DNA of 64,000 nt from Spirochaetia bacterium (GCA_965208575.1 CBDBOV010000005.1:896001-960000), one strand, 5' to 3'. Positions 9,419 through 19,165 are shown, counted from the first letter of the stretch. Numbers and translations: made by a program. The notes: a model not told the origin generated them from the letters alone.

Positions 9419-10810
9419 GTCGCCGGTGGTCGCGATCCAGTCGGCCAGGAGGCGGTGGCAGCGTTCCTTCTGCTCCTGAAACGCCGCGTCGTAGACGTGG
9501 TTGGCCTGCTCGCAGGGATCCTCGGCGGTGTTGAACAGGAGCCAGTCGTGGCCGGGGGTGCAGGCGTACTTCCAGCCGTCGCGGGTCACCACGGCGCGCC
9601 AGGGGCGGTTCACGGTGTGGCGCATCAGCTTGGCCGGAATCTGCTGCAGGTAGGCGCTGTGCGGCTCGCGTTCCGGCCGCGGCGGACCGCTGGACTCCGG
9701 CGCATCGGCGCGCTTGCAGTGGGCCGAGTAGTCGTAGCCCACCATGCCGGCGGGGATGGTGAGGCCGCACAGGCCCAGCGTTGTCGGGGCGATGTCGACG
9801 TGATTGATCGGGGCGTCGCAGATGCCGGTGCGCATGTGGGAGGCGCCGCCGGTGCGGTGCACCAGGAACGGGATGCGGATCGACTCCTCCCACGGGCTGG
9901 ATTTCCCGAACTGGCCGTGGCTGCCCATCATGTCGCCGTGATCGGAAAAGAAGACCATGTAGGTCTCGCGATCCACCCCCATGTCCGTGAGCGCGGAGCG
10001 GATGCGGCCGATGTTGTAGTCCAGGTTCTCGACCATGGCGTAGTAGCCGGCCAATCCGAGCCGCGCCTTCTCGCGGATCCACGGCACGTCCGGCACGTTG
10101 CGCCGGAGTTGCAGCGTCTCGGGGTGCAGGCGGGAAGTGCCGTACGCAGGATTGGTAGGCGTGATGTTGGGGCCGTGCGGCGGCTGCACCGACAGCACCG
10201 CGAAGAACGGGCGATAGTCCGCGCCGGCGCCGTGCTCCGTATCGCCGGCGGGCGGACCGCCCCGCCCGGTGCCGCCGACGTGGGTGCGCAGGTGCTCGAC
10301 CAGCAGGTCGCTCCAGGCGTCGGTCTCGTAGCCGGGCAGCCGAACCGGGGTCTCGCTGTCGGTGCCGAACGCGTAGCACTCGTGCTGGTTGTTGGCGGCG
10401 TCGTTGCCCATCCAGTAGTGGAAGCCGCCACGCCGTTCCGGCGGCACGTAGTGGTCGCGGTCATTGGTGCCGTCCAGGTGCCACTTGCCGACGTAGGCGG
10501 TGTGGTAGCCCGCCGCGGCGAAGGCGTGCGCCACGGTGGGCATCTCCGGAGGCAGCGGGCAGCCGTTGGCCACTACGCCGCTCTGGTGCGGGTAGCGGCC
10601 GGTCAGCAGGGCGCCGCGGAAGGGCGTGCACCACGGCGCCCCGGCCACCCCGCCGTCGAAGCGCATCCCCTCGCGCGCCAGGTTGTCGATGTTGGGCGTG
10701 AACACGTTGCCGTCACCGCGGTAGCTGGCCGCCTGCGCGCGATGCTGATCGCCGAAGATCCACACCACGTTGGGCCGCCGCGCCGCCCGCAGGTTCAACC
10801 GCTCACTCAT
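9374..10810 (-). CDS. Cys-type (formylglycine-dependent) sulfatase
   Basis: PNVVWIFGDQHR, WCTPFRGALLTG (CxPxR), YVGKWHL, FSDHG, EESIRIPF; start may instead be 10819. Confidence 0.92.
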   Translation of the reverse strand: MSERLNLRAARRPNVVWIFGDQHRAQAASYRGDGNVFTPNIDNLAREGMRFDGGVAGAPWCTPFRGALLTGRYPHQSGVVANGCPLPPEMPTVAHAFAAAGYHTAYVGKWHLDGTNDRDHYVPPERRGGFHYWMGNDAANNQHECYAFGTDSETPVRLPGYETDAWSDLLVEHLRTHVGGTGRGGPPAGDTEHGAGADYRPFFAVLSVQPPHGPNITPTNPAYGTSRLHPETLQLRRNVPDVPWIREKARLGLAGYYAMVENLDYNIGRIRSALTDMGVDRETYMVFFSDHGDMMGSHGQFGKSSPWEESIRIPFLVHRTGGASHMRTGICDAPINHVDIAPTTLGLCGLTIPAGMVGYDYSAHCKRADAPESSGPPRPEREPHSAYLQQIPAKLMRHTVNRPWRAVVTRDGWKYACTPGHDWLLFNTAEDPCEQANHVYDAAFQEQKERCHRLLADWIATTGDRFPLPDIALHRREA

Positions 10811-10930
10811 GCGCCCCATCCTGCCATACGCGCGCTCATTCCCCACCTCATCCGAGCTTTCGAGTCTGCCAGACTGCCGATGCAGCGGGAAGCGCACACA
10901 GTTCAGCATGTTCGGCCCTTGCCGAAACCC

Positions 10931-10959
10931 TTGATGGCCGTGCGCCAATGGCGTATCCT
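10931..10959 (+). promoter_or_regulatory. Sigma70-type promoter with overlapping palindromic operator for the TA operon (leaderless)
   Basis: TTGATG-17nt-TATCCT, 5 nt before GTG 10965; near-palindrome TGCGCCAATGGCGTA at 10941-10955. Confidence 0.55.
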
Positions 10960-10964
10960 CGGCT

Positions 10965-11281
10965 GTGCGGTTTATCGAGACTTCCGTCTTCACGCGCCGG
11001 GTGATCAGGTTATTGTCTGATGACGCCTACCGATCCCTGCAGTTGGCTCTTTTGCTTCGTCCCGATCAGGGGCCGGTGATTCGTGGAACAGGAGGGCTAC
11101 GGAAACTGCGCTGGAACCTGGCAGGGACGGGCAAGCGTGGGGGTCTGAGGCTGCTGTATTTTGGGACAAACCTGAGGGCACAATCTATTTGCTGTTCCTC
11201 TACACCAAGGGTGACCGGGACGATCTGAGTCCTCAGCAACTGAGACCGCTGTCAAGGTTGATCCGAGAGGAGTTGACATGA
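10965..11281 (+). pseudogene. higB: HigB-2/RelE-family toxin, frameshifted near 11160
   Basis: MRFIETSVFTR…G.VIRGTGGLRKLRW…GKRGGLRLLYF; adding one T to TATTTTGGG restores WDKPEGTIYLLFLYTKGDRDDLSPQQLRPLSRLIREELT*, ending in an ATGA overlap with the antitoxin. Confidence 0.8.
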
Positions 11282-11568
11282 AGGAAAACGATTTCAGCGA
11301 ACTGGTCACAAGCATCAAGGAAGCAGGCGACATCAAGCGTGGCAGCCGGCCGCCCTCACGCTTCTTCGAGTTCGGGCCCGTTGACATCAAGGCAGTGCGG
11401 GAGAGATTGCAGAGGTCGCAATCCGAGTTCGCTCTCATGATCGGAGTCAGCGTGGCCACGCTTCGGAACTGGGAACAAGGGCGGCGTCGACCCGAGGGGC
11501 CGGCCCGAGCCTTGCTGAAGGTCGCCGCCGAGGCTCCCGAAGCCGTCGAAAAGGCGCTGCGGGCATAG
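11278..11568 (+). CDS. higA: HigA-2/NadS-like HTH antitoxin
   Basis: DIKAVRERLQRSQSEFALMIGVSVATLRNWEQGRRRPEGPARALL. Confidence 0.9.
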   Translation: MKENDFSELVTSIKEAGDIKRGSRPPSRFFEFGPVDIKAVRERLQRSQSEFALMIGVSVATLRNWEQGRRRPEGPARALLKVAAEAPEAVEKALRA

Positions 11569-11765
11569 TCGCTGAGGCAGTGTCGCTCGCCCGCACTCCG
11601 GTCGCTGTGTGGCCAGCGATCTCCGGAGCGCCGAATCCGGCACGCGGGAAGCGCTGCGTGCGGAGCACCCCATCCTCATGGTGCAAGTGCATGGGACCCG
11701 GAGTTGCGCGTTCGGTTCATGCAAGTTATTCTGCTGAGTTGCAAGACCATTCCCAGGAGGTTGTC

Positions 11766-13808
11766 ATGAAACCGAGAGACCGCATGGCGCTCGCGTTGCT
11801 ATCGCTTCCGTTGCTGCTGGCGGCACTGCCGCTGGTTGCCGGAGGTGATGAAGAGTCCGGAGCTGCGGCTGCCGCCGGGGCTACCGCCGCGGCGGAGAGT
11901 ACGGCGGTCGCGGGGACGCCGTTCGTGGATCACATCTGGGCCTCCCCGGCCGCATACGAAAAGGCGACCGGCAACACGATCGCCGCGTTTCGCGAGTCGC
12001 CGCTGCTGGCGGCGCGGGTCGCGCAGGGCGAGTTGCCGCCGGTAGAGGAGCGGCTGCCCGAGTCGCCGCAGGTGATTCGGCCGATCGAGGCGATCGGGGT
12101 CTACGGAGGAACCTTCAACGGTGCCGCGGGTGCCCCCTGGGGTGGCGAGCACCTGGAGAGCGCCGGTCAGGGTCTGCTCATCTGGCCGCCTGATTCGAGC
12201 GTGCTGTATCCCAACGTCATCAGGGCATTCGAGGTCGCCGGCGATGCCCGCTCGGTCACGTTCTATCTCCGCGAAGGGATGAAGTGGTCGGACGGCGACG
12301 ATTTCGATGCCGACGATGTCGAGTTCTGGTATCGGGACATCCTCCAGAACGAACAACTCACCCCCAGCATTCGGGCTCGCTGGAAGCCCGGCGGCGAGTT
12401 GATGGGGATGAACAAGATCGACCAGTATACGGTACGGTTCTCCTTCGCTGCACCGTTCCACACGCTCCTGGAAGCGTGGGCCAACAGCGGCCTATGGGCC
12501 GCCTCCCATGCGCTGAAGAAGTGGCACATCGAGCATAACGCCGAGGCCGAGGCCCTGGCCAAGGAGGACGGCTACGACTCCTGGTGGCAGGCGTTTCAGT
12601 TCCGTTTGTACGGCTATTTGAGCGTCGTGGACGCACCCCAGCTCAACCCGTGGGTGCTCAAGGAGCTTCGGGTCGACTCCCTGCTCATGGAGCGCAACCC
12701 GTACTACTTCAAGGTAGATACTGCCGGCAACCAGCTTCCCTACATCGATGCCAGCCTGACGCTGCACTTCGAGAACCCGGGCGAGATCGTGCCGGCCAAG
12801 GGAATGAGCGGCGAACTGGACTTCCAGGTCTACAACACCAAGCTGTCCGATCTGCCCGTGTACCGCCGCAACGAGCCTTCCGGCGGCTACAAGGCGATCC
12901 TGTACGCCCGCAAGGACCAGTCGAGCGCGCTTTCCTTTGCCCTCAACTACACCCACAAGGATCCGGTGCTGCGCGAGATCTTCAACGACATTCGCTTTCG
13001 CCAGGCCCTGTCGCTGGCAATCGATCGTGATGACATCAACAGCACGGTGTTCCTCGGCTCCACTACACCGTTTACGGCCCCGGTGTCGGAGGCCTGGCCC
13101 GGGTTCGAGGAATGGATGAAGACATACTACGGCGAGTACGATGGCGCCCGAGCCAATTCCCTCCTCGACGAGATGGGGTTGGCATGGGATGACAATCAGG
13201 AGTGGCGCCTGCGACCGGATGGCAAGGTATTGCACATCAACGGCGAATATGCCACCGAATGGCTGGGCTACACCGAGGACTTGATGGACCTGATCAGGGG
13301 CTACTGGCAGCAGATCGGCGTGCGCATGGAACCGAAGTTCGTGCCGGAGGGTCTGCTCGGCCAGCGTTACATGGCCAACGATCAGGACATCGGCATCTGG
13401 AATACCGACGGCGGGACGGTGTTCCACGCCCGCTCCGCCTACCCGATGCGGTTGCTGCCGCCCTGGCATTGGATGGCCGACTGCTGCGCCATGTCCTCGG
13501 TGCCGTGGCGCCGCTGGCTCGACACCAACGGCGAGGCGGGTGAAGAGCCGCCCGAGACCATCAAGCGGATGTGGGCACTGTCACAGGAGTGGATGCAGGA
13601 GCCCACCGGTAGCGACCGCTACCACGAACTGATCGGCGAGTTGATTCGGATCAACGTCGAAAACCTGTACCTGTTCGGGACGGTCAGTTCACCGCCGCTG
13701 GTGGTGCTGATCAGCGACCGGATGGGCAACGTCCAGCGCGAAAACGCCTACGTGAACTACCGCATGCTGTACCCCTATCTCCCCGAGCAGTGGTACATCA
13801 AGGAGTAG
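11766..13808 (+). CDS. ABC transporter solute-binding protein, family 5
   Basis: AGGAGG RBS; signal …LPLVAGGDEE; ESPLLAARVAQGELPPVEERLP; LREGMKWSDG; RNPYYFKVDTAGNQLPYID. Confidence 0.92.
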   Translation: MKPRDRMALALLSLPLLLAALPLVAGGDEESGAAAAAGATAAAESTAVAGTPFVDHIWASPAAYEKATGNTIAAFRESPLLAARVAQGELPPVEERLPESPQVIRPIEAIGVYGGTFNGAAGAPWGGEHLESAGQGLLIWPPDSSVLYPNVIRAFEVAGDARSVTFYLREGMKWSDGDDFDADDVEFWYRDILQNEQLTPSIRARWKPGGELMGMNKIDQYTVRFSFAAPFHTLLEAWANSGLWAASHALKKWHIEHNAEAEALAKEDGYDSWWQAFQFRLYGYLSVVDAPQLNPWVLKELRVDSLLMERNPYYFKVDTAGNQLPYIDASLTLHFENPGEIVPAKGMSGELDFQVYNTKLSDLPVYRRNEPSGGYKAILYARKDQSSALSFALNYTHKDPVLREIFNDIRFRQALSLAIDRDDINSTVFLGSTTPFTAPVSEAWPGFEEWMKTYYGEYDGARANSLLDEMGLAWDDNQEWRLRPDGKVLHINGEYATEWLGYTEDLMDLIRGYWQQIGVRMEPKFVPEGLLGQRYMANDQDIGIWNTDGGTVFHARSAYPMRLLPPWHWMADCCAMSSVPWRRWLDTNGEAGEEPPETIKRMWALSQEWMQEPTGSDRYHELIGELIRINVENLYLFGTVSSPPLVVLISDRMGNVQRENAYVNYRMLYPYLPEQWYIKE

Positions 13809-13842
13809 ATTCCAGTCCCGCGGGCTGCCAGCCAGCCGGCCT

Positions 13843-14964
13843 CTACGACTTGTAGGGGTCGGCGGCGTCCCGCAGCCCGTCGCCGAGGAAGTTGAAGGCC
13901 ATTACCGTCACCACCACGAACAGAGCGGGTATCAGCAGCCACGGGTAGATCGCCACGCTGCGCAGGTTTTGTGCCTTCTGCAGCAGGACTCCCCAACTCA
14001 CCGCCGGCGAGCGCAGCCCCAGGCCGAGAAAGCTCAGGCCGGTTTCGGCGAGAATCATCTCCGGGATCGCCAGGGTCAGGCTCACGATCAGGTAACTGGC
14101 GAAGTTGGGCAGCAGGTGGCGCACGATGATGGTGAGTTGTGGCATGCCCGCGACGCGTGCCGCCATGGTAAAGTCGAGTTCCCGCAGCTCCAGCAGTTTG
14201 CCGCGCACCACCCGCGCCAGGCCGCCCCAGCCGACCAGCGAGAGAATCGCCACGATAGCGAAGTAGACCTGCACCACGGACCAGTCGCGGGGCATGGCGG
14301 CGCCCAACGCCATCCACAGCGGAATGGTCGGAATCGAGATGAGAAACTCGATCACCCGCTGCACCGCCATGTCGATACGACCCCCGAAGTAGCCGGAAAC
14401 ACCCCCCAGCAGCACGCCGATGATGAAGGTCATCGCCACGCCCACCAGGCCGATGGAGAGCGAGATGCGCGCCGCCAGGATGGTGCGGGAGAAAAGATCC
14501 CGTCCGACGCTCTCGGTCCCGAACAGGAACAGCCCCGCCGGCTCGTCCACGCCGAACAGGTGAATGTCGCTCCGGACGATGCCGAGAAACCGATACTCTT
14601 CGGCGCGCACGAAGAAGCGCACCGGGTAGCGGACGCTCTTGTCCTCGGTATAGATCATCTCCAGGGTGTAGGAGTCGCGGCTGGTGCTGATGCCGTAGAC
14701 GAACGGCCGAGTGAGGCGTCCGCGTTCGTCGACCACGCGGAGCCGCGAGGGCGGATGGAGCACCGCTTCCTGAAACCGCTTCTCGCTGGAGTAGGGCGCC
14801 ACGAAATCCGCGAGCAACGCCAGCAGGTAGAGCAGGGCCAGAATGCTGCCGCCGACGATGGCCAGGCGGTGACGGCGGAACTTGAGCCAGATAAGCTGCC
14901 ACTGGGAGGCGAGATAGAGGCGCTCTTCAGCGTCGGAGACAGCGCTACCAGGTGGTTCGGCCAT
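13843..14964 (-). CDS. DppC-like ABC permease
   Basis: FGTESVGRDLFSR; ETGLSFLGLG; FNFLGDGLRDAADPY. Confidence 0.92.
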   Translation of the reverse strand: MAEPPGSAVSDAEERLYLASQWQLIWLKFRRHRLAIVGGSILALLYLLALLADFVAPYSSEKRFQEAVLHPPSRLRVVDERGRLTRPFVYGISTSRDSYTLEMIYTEDKSVRYPVRFFVRAEEYRFLGIVRSDIHLFGVDEPAGLFLFGTESVGRDLFSRTILAARISLSIGLVGVAMTFIIGVLLGGVSGYFGGRIDMAVQRVIEFLISIPTIPLWMALGAAMPRDWSVVQVYFAIVAILSLVGWGGLARVVRGKLLELRELDFTMAARVAGMPQLTIIVRHLLPNFASYLIVSLTLAIPEMILAETGLSFLGLGLRSPAVSWGVLLQKAQNLRSVAIYPWLLIPALFVVVTVMAFNFLGDGLRDAADPYKS

Positions 14965-14965
14965 G

Positions 14966-15961
14966 CTACGACACCTCCCCCGCGTCGATGCGGATGCGCG
15001 GATCCACCACCACCAGGAGGATGTCGGACACGAAGGTGCCGATGATGGTCAGGGTGTTGAGAAACAGCAACAACGTGGAGGCCACGAACATGTCCTCGAA
15101 GCGCAGGGCGCGGAACAGAAGTGGTCCCGTGGTGGGCAATCCGAGCACCAGGGCGGTGATGGTGGAGCCGGACACGATGACCGGCAGCAGCCAGCCGATG
15201 GTACTCACGATGGGGTTGATGGCCACCCGTACCGGGTACTTGAACAACAGCGCGCGCTCGCTGACTCCTTTGGCGCGGGCGGTAATCACGTACTGCTTCC
15301 CCAATTCGTCCAACAGGGTCGCCCGCATGACGCGGATCAGACTGGCGGTCCCCGCGGTGCCGACGATGATCACCGGCAGCGGCAGATGCTTCAGCAAGTC
15401 GAACACCTTGCCGAGCGACCACGCAGCGCCGACGTACTCGGGAGAGAACAAACCGCCGACGCTGACACCGAGCTTGAACAGAGCGAACATTACGATGAGC
15501 GCGAGTAGAAAGTTGGGGGTGGCCAGCCCGACGAAGCCTACCGACATGAAGAAGTAGTCGCCGGTGGAGTATTGGTGGGTGGCGGAGTATATGCCGATGG
15601 GAATCGCGATCACGTAGGTAAACACCAGGGTGCTGAGAGAGATCGCCACCGTGAGCCCGAGCCGCTCACCGATGATCTCCTTGACCGGGCGGTTGAGCTG
15701 GAACGACTGGCCAAAGTTCCCCTGCAGCACGTTGAACAGCCACTTGAAGTACTGTGCCCAGACCGGCAGGTCGAGACCGTAGCGGCGGCGCAGGTTGTCC
15801 AACTCTTCCTGGCTTACCTGCTCACCACGCTGGGCGAGCTGCGACGCAAGCGAGCTCACGAAGTCGCCCGCGGGGAGTTGGATGATCAGGAACGAGACGA
15901 TGGTGATGACCCACAGCAGGACCAACATGTAGCAGAAGCGGCGAATCAGATACGAGGTCAT
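14966..15961 (-). CDS. DppB-like ABC permease
   Basis: YLIRRF…IIQLPAGD; TARAKGVSE; DPRIR; close paralog of 6184-7182. Confidence 0.92.
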   Translation of the reverse strand: MTSYLIRRFCYMLVLLWVITIVSFLIIQLPAGDFVSSLASQLAQRGEQVSQEELDNLRRRYGLDLPVWAQYFKWLFNVLQGNFGQSFQLNRPVKEIIGERLGLTVAISLSTLVFTYVIAIPIGIYSATHQYSTGDYFFMSVGFVGLATPNFLLALIVMFALFKLGVSVGGLFSPEYVGAAWSLGKVFDLLKHLPLPVIIVGTAGTASLIRVMRATLLDELGKQYVITARAKGVSERALLFKYPVRVAINPIVSTIGWLLPVIVSGSTITALVLGLPTTGPLLFRALRFEDMFVASTLLLFLNTLTIIGTFVSDILLVVVDPRIRIDAGEVS

Positions 15962-16045
15962 TGCAACGGCGGCAGTGTCTCAACTTATCCGAGGGCACGC
16001 TGAGTGTCGAGGATGCACCGTGCTGCGAGAGGCGGCGCAGATTGC

Positions 16046-16121
16046 GCGGTGACAGCGCTCCTTCTGCGGCTGAACGGCGCGTTGTAGACGTGGTTGGCCT
16101 GCTCGTAGGGATCCTCCGCGG
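16046..16121 (-). pseudogene. Remnant of a sulfatase 3' region (direct repeat of 9452-9528)
   Basis: AEDPYEQANHVYNA/QKERCHR versus AEDPCEQANHVYDAAFQEQKERCHR in the intact gene, with a 1-nt deletion. Confidence 0.85.
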
Positions 16122-16175
16122 CCACACATGGCGATGAGTCGCCGCCGCCGAAACTCGTCGGATCTGCCACGCCGG

Positions 16176-17147
16176 TCAGAGTGCAGGCCACACTGTTGCT
16201 TGCAAGTCTGCCAACGATGCTGCCGGACGGGTGGCACCGGTGTTGTCGAACAGCTCGGCGATGGCGTCGGTGCCGAAGTCGTGCAGCAGCGTCCAGGCGG
16301 CGATGCGCCGACCCAGCCGGCCATCTTCCAGGAGGGCGGGGTCGTAGGCCTGCAGGATGGCACGCATCATGCCGGCGTCGCGTTTGCACAGGCCGAGCCA
16401 CAGCGGCATCCACTCGTAGTCGGGCACGCCGATGCGGGCGTCGCCGAAGTCGATCAGCCCCGATACGGTCCACTTCCCGCCGCGCTCGTCGAGCAGCAGG
16501 TGCTCCGCGTTCAGGTCGCCGTGGACGACGACGCGGGGAGCGGTTCGCGCCGCGGCCATCGCGTCGTCCAGCAACGTCTCCAACTCGGGCACGACAGCCG
16601 GCGCGATCAAATCCCGGTCGACCAGCTCGGGCAGGGCCCGCCGCCGCCGGCGGTTCACCAGGGCGTCCCAGGACTCGCCCTTGTCGACGGCGGCCAGCGA
16701 CGCGGTGTCGACGGCGTGCAGCCGCTTGACGATGCGCCCGGTCTCGGAGGCCATATCCAGCAGGGCCTGCCGGGCCAGCTCCGGCTGCAGCGCGTCGAGC
16801 GGACGTCCGGCGCAGAACTGCATCGCGAGATAGCTCCAATCGGTCCGGTCGCGAAACACGCCCGCCGCCCGGATCGCCGGCACCGGCACTTCCGCGTCGC
16901 GCGCCAGCAACTCCATCAGCCCGCGCTCGAACGGGAACTCGGTCCAGAACGGGCTGTAGATCTTGATGGCGACGCTCCGGTCGAGGATGAACACCGCGTT
17001 GGTGTTCGACTCCGGAGTTTCGATCCGGCCGTAGGCGATCCCCTCTCGCGCGCAGATTGCATCGACCACCGGACGCCACAGGCGCACGTCGTTGAACGTG
17101 GCCGACCATCGCTCCCAGGTGTCGATCGGCGGCAGCAGGTAGGACAC
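16176..17147 (-). CDS. Aminoglycoside phosphotransferase/choline kinase family protein
   Basis: VAIKIY, VPVPAI, VVHGDLNAEHLL, GLIDFGDA. Confidence 0.85.
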   Translation of the reverse strand: MSYLLPPIDTWERWSATFNDVRLWRPVVDAICAREGIAYGRIETPESNTNAVFILDRSVAIKIYSPFWTEFPFERGLMELLARDAEVPVPAIRAAGVFRDRTDWSYLAMQFCAGRPLDALQPELARQALLDMASETGRIVKRLHAVDTASLAAVDKGESWDALVNRRRRRALPELVDRDLIAPAVVPELETLLDDAMAAARTAPRVVVHGDLNAEHLLLDERGGKWTVSGLIDFGDARIGVPDYEWMPLWLGLCKRDAGMMRAILQAYDPALLEDGRLGRRIAAWTLLHDFGTDAIAELFDNTGATRPAASLADLQATVWPAL

Positions 17148-17155
17148 AAGCGTGC

Positions 17156-18178
17156 CTACGAGGGCCCGGTCGTTGGGGCGTCGGCGTCGCTGCGCCAGCG
17201 GCCGGGGTTGCCGGGCCAGTGCCAGCGCATCAGGTCATCGCTCCAGGCGAGGGCGACGCTGGCCTCCCCATGGTGGGCGCGCTCGCGGCGTCCGCGGCGG
17301 GTGGCGCCGTGGAACGTCAGCAGGTACGTGCCGACGGCCGGATCGTGGCGCAGGTCCAGGAGGTGGCCGGCGGTGATGCGGCCCTGCGCCCATGGCCACT
17401 GGCGCTGGCCGAGTGTATACAGGCAGTTGTCGTACCAGTGCACCAGGTCGGTGGAGCGCGCGATGCCGATGCCGTTGGCCGGGGAGTGGACCAGCATGTA
17501 CTCGTCCTCGGCGCGGTCGACCAGCACGCAGTAGTTCTCTTCGCCGTCGGTCTGCGCGTACGGGGTCCAGTGCTCCAGGTCGCGGCTGAAGGCGAGCTGC
17601 ATGCTCTGCAGCAACAAGTTGTCGGGCGGGATGGGGGTGCCGCCGAAGCCCAGGCCGTGGGCGCGGCCGAGCAGCACGCCGCCGTGCTTGTAGCAACACC
17701 ACCACAGAGCCGGGTCGTCCTTGTCGCGGAACAGGTGGGGATCGAGGGCGCGCCCGGTGTCGCGCACCGGCACCGCCGGGCCCTTCAATTGCAGGGCGCG
17801 CGGCTCCTGCCAGTGGTGCAGGTCGGCGCTGGCCATGGTCCAGCAGCGTGCGTCGTGAGTGTTCGGCCGCGGATAGCTGCTCAGGCACATCAGCCAGCGG
17901 CCGCGGTGGCGAACGATGCCTCCCGGCCCGCAGAAGCATCGCGGATCGCCTGGATCGGTGACCGGGCGCGGCGGCGTCCAGGAGCACAGGTCGCGGCTCT
18001 CGGCCACGCCGACGTGGAAGCGGTCGTTGCCGTCCGGCTGCGCCTCCACCACCGAGCAGAACAGCCGGAAGATGCCCTCGTGGTAGTGCAGCAGCGGATC
18101 GCGGTAGGCGGCGTGCGGGCCGCCGGCCAGGATGACCGGGCTCGGGATCGCCTCCAGGTCCACGCGCCGGGCACTCAT
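17156..18178 (-). CDS. Putative five-bladed beta-propeller glycoside hydrolase (GH32/43/130-like fold)
   Basis: AYRDP, repeated S.DL..W motifs, ALDP, EENYCV; ATGA overlap with upstream paralog. Confidence 0.65.
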   Translation of the reverse strand: MSARRVDLEAIPSPVILAGGPHAAYRDPLLHYHEGIFRLFCSVVEAQPDGNDRFHVGVAESRDLCSWTPPRPVTDPGDPRCFCGPGGIVRHRGRWLMCLSSYPRPNTHDARCWTMASADLHHWQEPRALQLKGPAVPVRDTGRALDPHLFRDKDDPALWWCCYKHGGVLLGRAHGLGFGGTPIPPDNLLLQSMQLAFSRDLEHWTPYAQTDGEENYCVLVDRAEDEYMLVHSPANGIGIARSTDLVHWYDNCLYTLGQRQWPWAQGRITAGHLLDLRHDPAVGTYLLTFHGATRRGRRERAHHGEASVALAWSDDLMRWHWPGNPGRWRSDADAPTTGPS

Positions 18179-19164
18179 TCCGGCCAGTACCAGTTGGCCA
18201 GGTCGTCGCTCCACGCCAGGCCGAGGCTGGCGGCGCCGTGCACGTTGCTCGCGACCTTGCCCGCCGGCGTGCAGCCGTGGAACACCATCACGTACTTGCC
18301 CACCTCCGGCACGTGGCGCAGGTCGATCACCTGCGCGCCGCTGAGCCGTCCCTGCGCCCACGGCCAGCGCCGCTGCCCCAGCGTGTAGAGGCCGGCCTGG
18401 TGCCAGTGCAGCAGGTCCGGCGACCGCTTCACGCCGACGCCGTTGTCGGGCGAGTCGATCAGCACGTAGCCGTCGTCCTCGGTCAGTACGCAGTAACTCT
18501 CCTCGCTGTCGAGGCGCGTGAACCAGGTCCAGTGCTCCAGGTCGTAGCTCCACGACAGGTTCAGGCTCTGCAGCAGCAGCGAGCGGCGCGGCATGTCGGT
18601 GCCGCCGAACGCCAACCCGCGCGCCGGGGAGACCACGAAGCCGCCCTGCTTGAACGTGCACCACCACTTGTCCGGGTCGTGCCGGTCCGGGAACAGGCAG
18701 GGACAGATGCAGCGCCCGATCTGCGCGTCCGGCACCTCCGGCCCCTTGAGCAGCATCAACTCCGGCTCGCTCCAGCGCTCCAGGTCGGTGCTGCGCATCA
18801 GCCAGCAGCGCGTCGTCTCCTGGCCGCCCGCCGGGCTGAACGGCGTGCGGTAGTTCTCGACCGTCATGATCCACTGGCCGCGAATGCGCACGATGTTGCC
18901 CGGATCGGTGAAGTTGAGGTCATCGTCAAGCGCGGTGAGGGTACGCGGCTCGCTCCAGTGAATAAGGTCGCTGCTCCGGATCACCGCAAGTTGAAACACC
19001 GCCCGCCCCAGCTCCGGCGGATCCATCAGCCGCACCAGCCCGTAGAACACGCGAAACACCCCGTCGTGGTAATGAATCGCCGGATCCCGATGCGCCACCT
19101 CCGCCGTCCCCCGCACAATCACCGGATTCGGAATCCTGTCCCACTCAATCCGCGCCTGCGCCAC
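18175..19164 (-). CDS. Putative beta-propeller glycoside hydrolase, paralog of the downstream gene
   Basis: AHRDP, SSDLIHW, STDLERW, SYDLEHW; shares GL.FGGT…LLLQS and YTLGQR.WPWAQGR with 17156-18178. Confidence 0.65.
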   Translation of the reverse strand: MAQARIEWDRIPNPVIVRGTAEVAHRDPAIHYHDGVFRVFYGLVRLMDPPELGRAVFQLAVIRSSDLIHWSEPRTLTALDDDLNFTDPGNIVRIRGQWIMTVENYRTPFSPAGGQETTRCWLMRSTDLERWSEPELMLLKGPEVPDAQIGRCICPCLFPDRHDPDKWWCTFKQGGFVVSPARGLAFGGTDMPRRSLLLQSLNLSWSYDLEHWTWFTRLDSEESYCVLTEDDGYVLIDSPDNGVGVKRSPDLLHWHQAGLYTLGQRRWPWAQGRLSGAQVIDLRHVPEVGKYVMVFHGCTPAGKVASNVHGAASLGLAWSDDLANWYWPE

Positions 19165-19165
19165 G

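Noticed and set aside
16176-17147. APH gene as a bona fide aminoglycoside-resistance determinant
   Set aside because: Only generic kinase motifs; operon context with hydrolases and ABC permeases suggests metabolism.
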